DNA from: a virus | Taxonomy: Duplodnaviria > Caudoviricetes | Length of the DNA stretch: 58,571 nt | Direction: 5' to 3' (one strand) | Virus record (IMG/VR): IMGVR_UViG_3300036886_000519 | Coordinates: 1-58,571 of that record | In this document: positions 57,766-58,571 of the stretch, one piece after another | Layout: each line of letters starts with the position of its first letter | Numbering within the stretch: position 1 is the first letter of the stretch | The notes under the pieces: generated by a model | The model's input: only the letters and a program-made list of their open reading frames with translations | What the model was told of the DNA's origin: nothing | The model's database searches: none | Program-made: the position numbers and the translations under genes

Positions 57766-58571
57766 AGTTCCTTGGCTCCTGTGTTGCTGAAATTGACGGT
57801 GACTTTGCCGGTCCGGCCGTCGTAGCCGACCTTGGCAACCAGCAACTGGATCATCTGCTCCTGCTCCTTGGTCGTCAGGGAGGACCAGATGGCGTCGAAC
57901 TCAGCCAGTATCCGGCGGAGGTCCTCCGCATTGATGTGGTCCGTGTCGAGGTCGCCACGCTCGGCGGTGAGCTCCACCAACCGGCGCTCCGTGGTCTCGA
58001 TCTCGCGCTGAAGAGTAGCCATCCGCTCGAACCGCGCGCCGGAGTCCACGCTGGTATCCGCCGCTTCTCGCGCGAGGTTCTGGTTGAGCTGCCGGAGGCT
58101 TCGCCGTTGGGCTTCCGACTCCTGGTCAATCTCCCGCCGCCGGCGCGCCACCTGGTTGAGAGCTTCGGTGGCGACTGCCTCGGCCAGTTTGGGGTCGGTC
58201 CCAATGCGGCGGATGCTGTCAAGGACGGCAGATTCGATCGCCTGGGCCGGAACGGACTTCGTTTCGCAGTTCTTCCATCCCTTCTGCTGAGCGTTGTAGC
58301 AGACGTAGTAGCGGTAGCGTTTGGACTTCCGCATCGTGTAGGTGTGCATCATGGGGGTCTCGCAGGGCACGCAGAAGAGCAGGCCGCGCAGCAGGGCGCC
58401 GAACTTGTTCTTGAGGCTGGCGCCGTTGTCGCCATTGTTGCGTCGTAGAGTTTCATGGACTCGATCCCAGGTATTCTGCTCGATGATTCGCTCATGCTCC
58501 CCTGGGTACAGGCAGCCTTTGTGGTCCACCATCCCGGTGTAGATGGCATTGGTGAGGACCCCGTGCATCGT
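57747..58571 (-). CDS. Large serine recombinase, C-terminal part (5' truncated by window)
   Basis: LTNAIYTG..GEHERII recombinase domain; LRGLLFCVPC..YYVC..C zinc ribbon; coiled coil. Confidence 0.9.
   Translation of the reverse strand, partial: TMHGVLTNAIYTGMVDHKGCLYPGEHERIIEQNTWDRVHETLRRNNGDNGASLKNKFGALLRGLLFCVPCETPMMHTYTMRKSKRYRYYVCYNAQQKGWKNCETKSVPAQAIESAVLDSIRRIGTDPKLAEAVATEALNQVARRRREIDQESEAQRRSLRQLNQNLAREAADTSVDSGARFERMATLQREIETTERRLVELTAERGDLDTDHINAEDLRRILAEFDAIWSSLTTKEQEQMIQLLVAKVGYDGRTGKVTVNFSNTGAKELCQGKC

Larger units (their letters stand above)
255..58571 (-). mobile_element. Temperate siphovirus-like prophage with defence cargo; att sites not identified, right end runs out of the window
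   Basis: Complete ordered replication, packaging, head, neck and tail modules on one strand, bracketed by a serine recombinase (right) and a tyrosine recombinase (left). Confidence 0.9.

Overview
A GC-rich window, almost entirely minus-strand, that is essentially one temperate long-tailed (non-contractile) prophage plus a defence cargo block. Reading right to left in transcription order: a large serine recombinase (cut by the window edge) and its usual partner gene; a broken anti-phage dCTP-deaminase-like remnant; a type I R-M operon (hsdM-hsdS-[ABC ATPase-HNH, PtuAB/Septu-like]-hsdR) whose HsdR ends in an intact LexA/UmuD-type S24 autopeptidase domain; a plus-strand tcmP-DUF5131 pair; a divergent control region with two LexA-box-like direct repeats; an early operon (two unknown proteins, Xis-like HTH, sigma-like factor, PD-(D/E)XK nuclease, AAA_24 ATPase, DUF669, ERCC4, RecD2, DnaG-type primase-helicase with an iteron origin in its 3' end); a Cys-to-Asp phosphatase-fold moron; a lambda-like cos site; two ParB-methyltransferases interleaved with holin-like genes; lambda-type TerS/GpA/gpW/portal, protease-capsid fusion, DUF2190, neck and tail genes (with a -1 frameshifted chaperone and a tail-fibre-like protein carrying a Sec signal peptide); then a tyrosine recombinase and a HicA-like toxin. 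No CI-type repressor, tRNA, rRNA or CRISPR array was recognised. Host is tentatively Acidobacteriota (inference only). All family calls come from motif recognition by eye, not database searches; start codons were adjusted by RBS/overlap logic.
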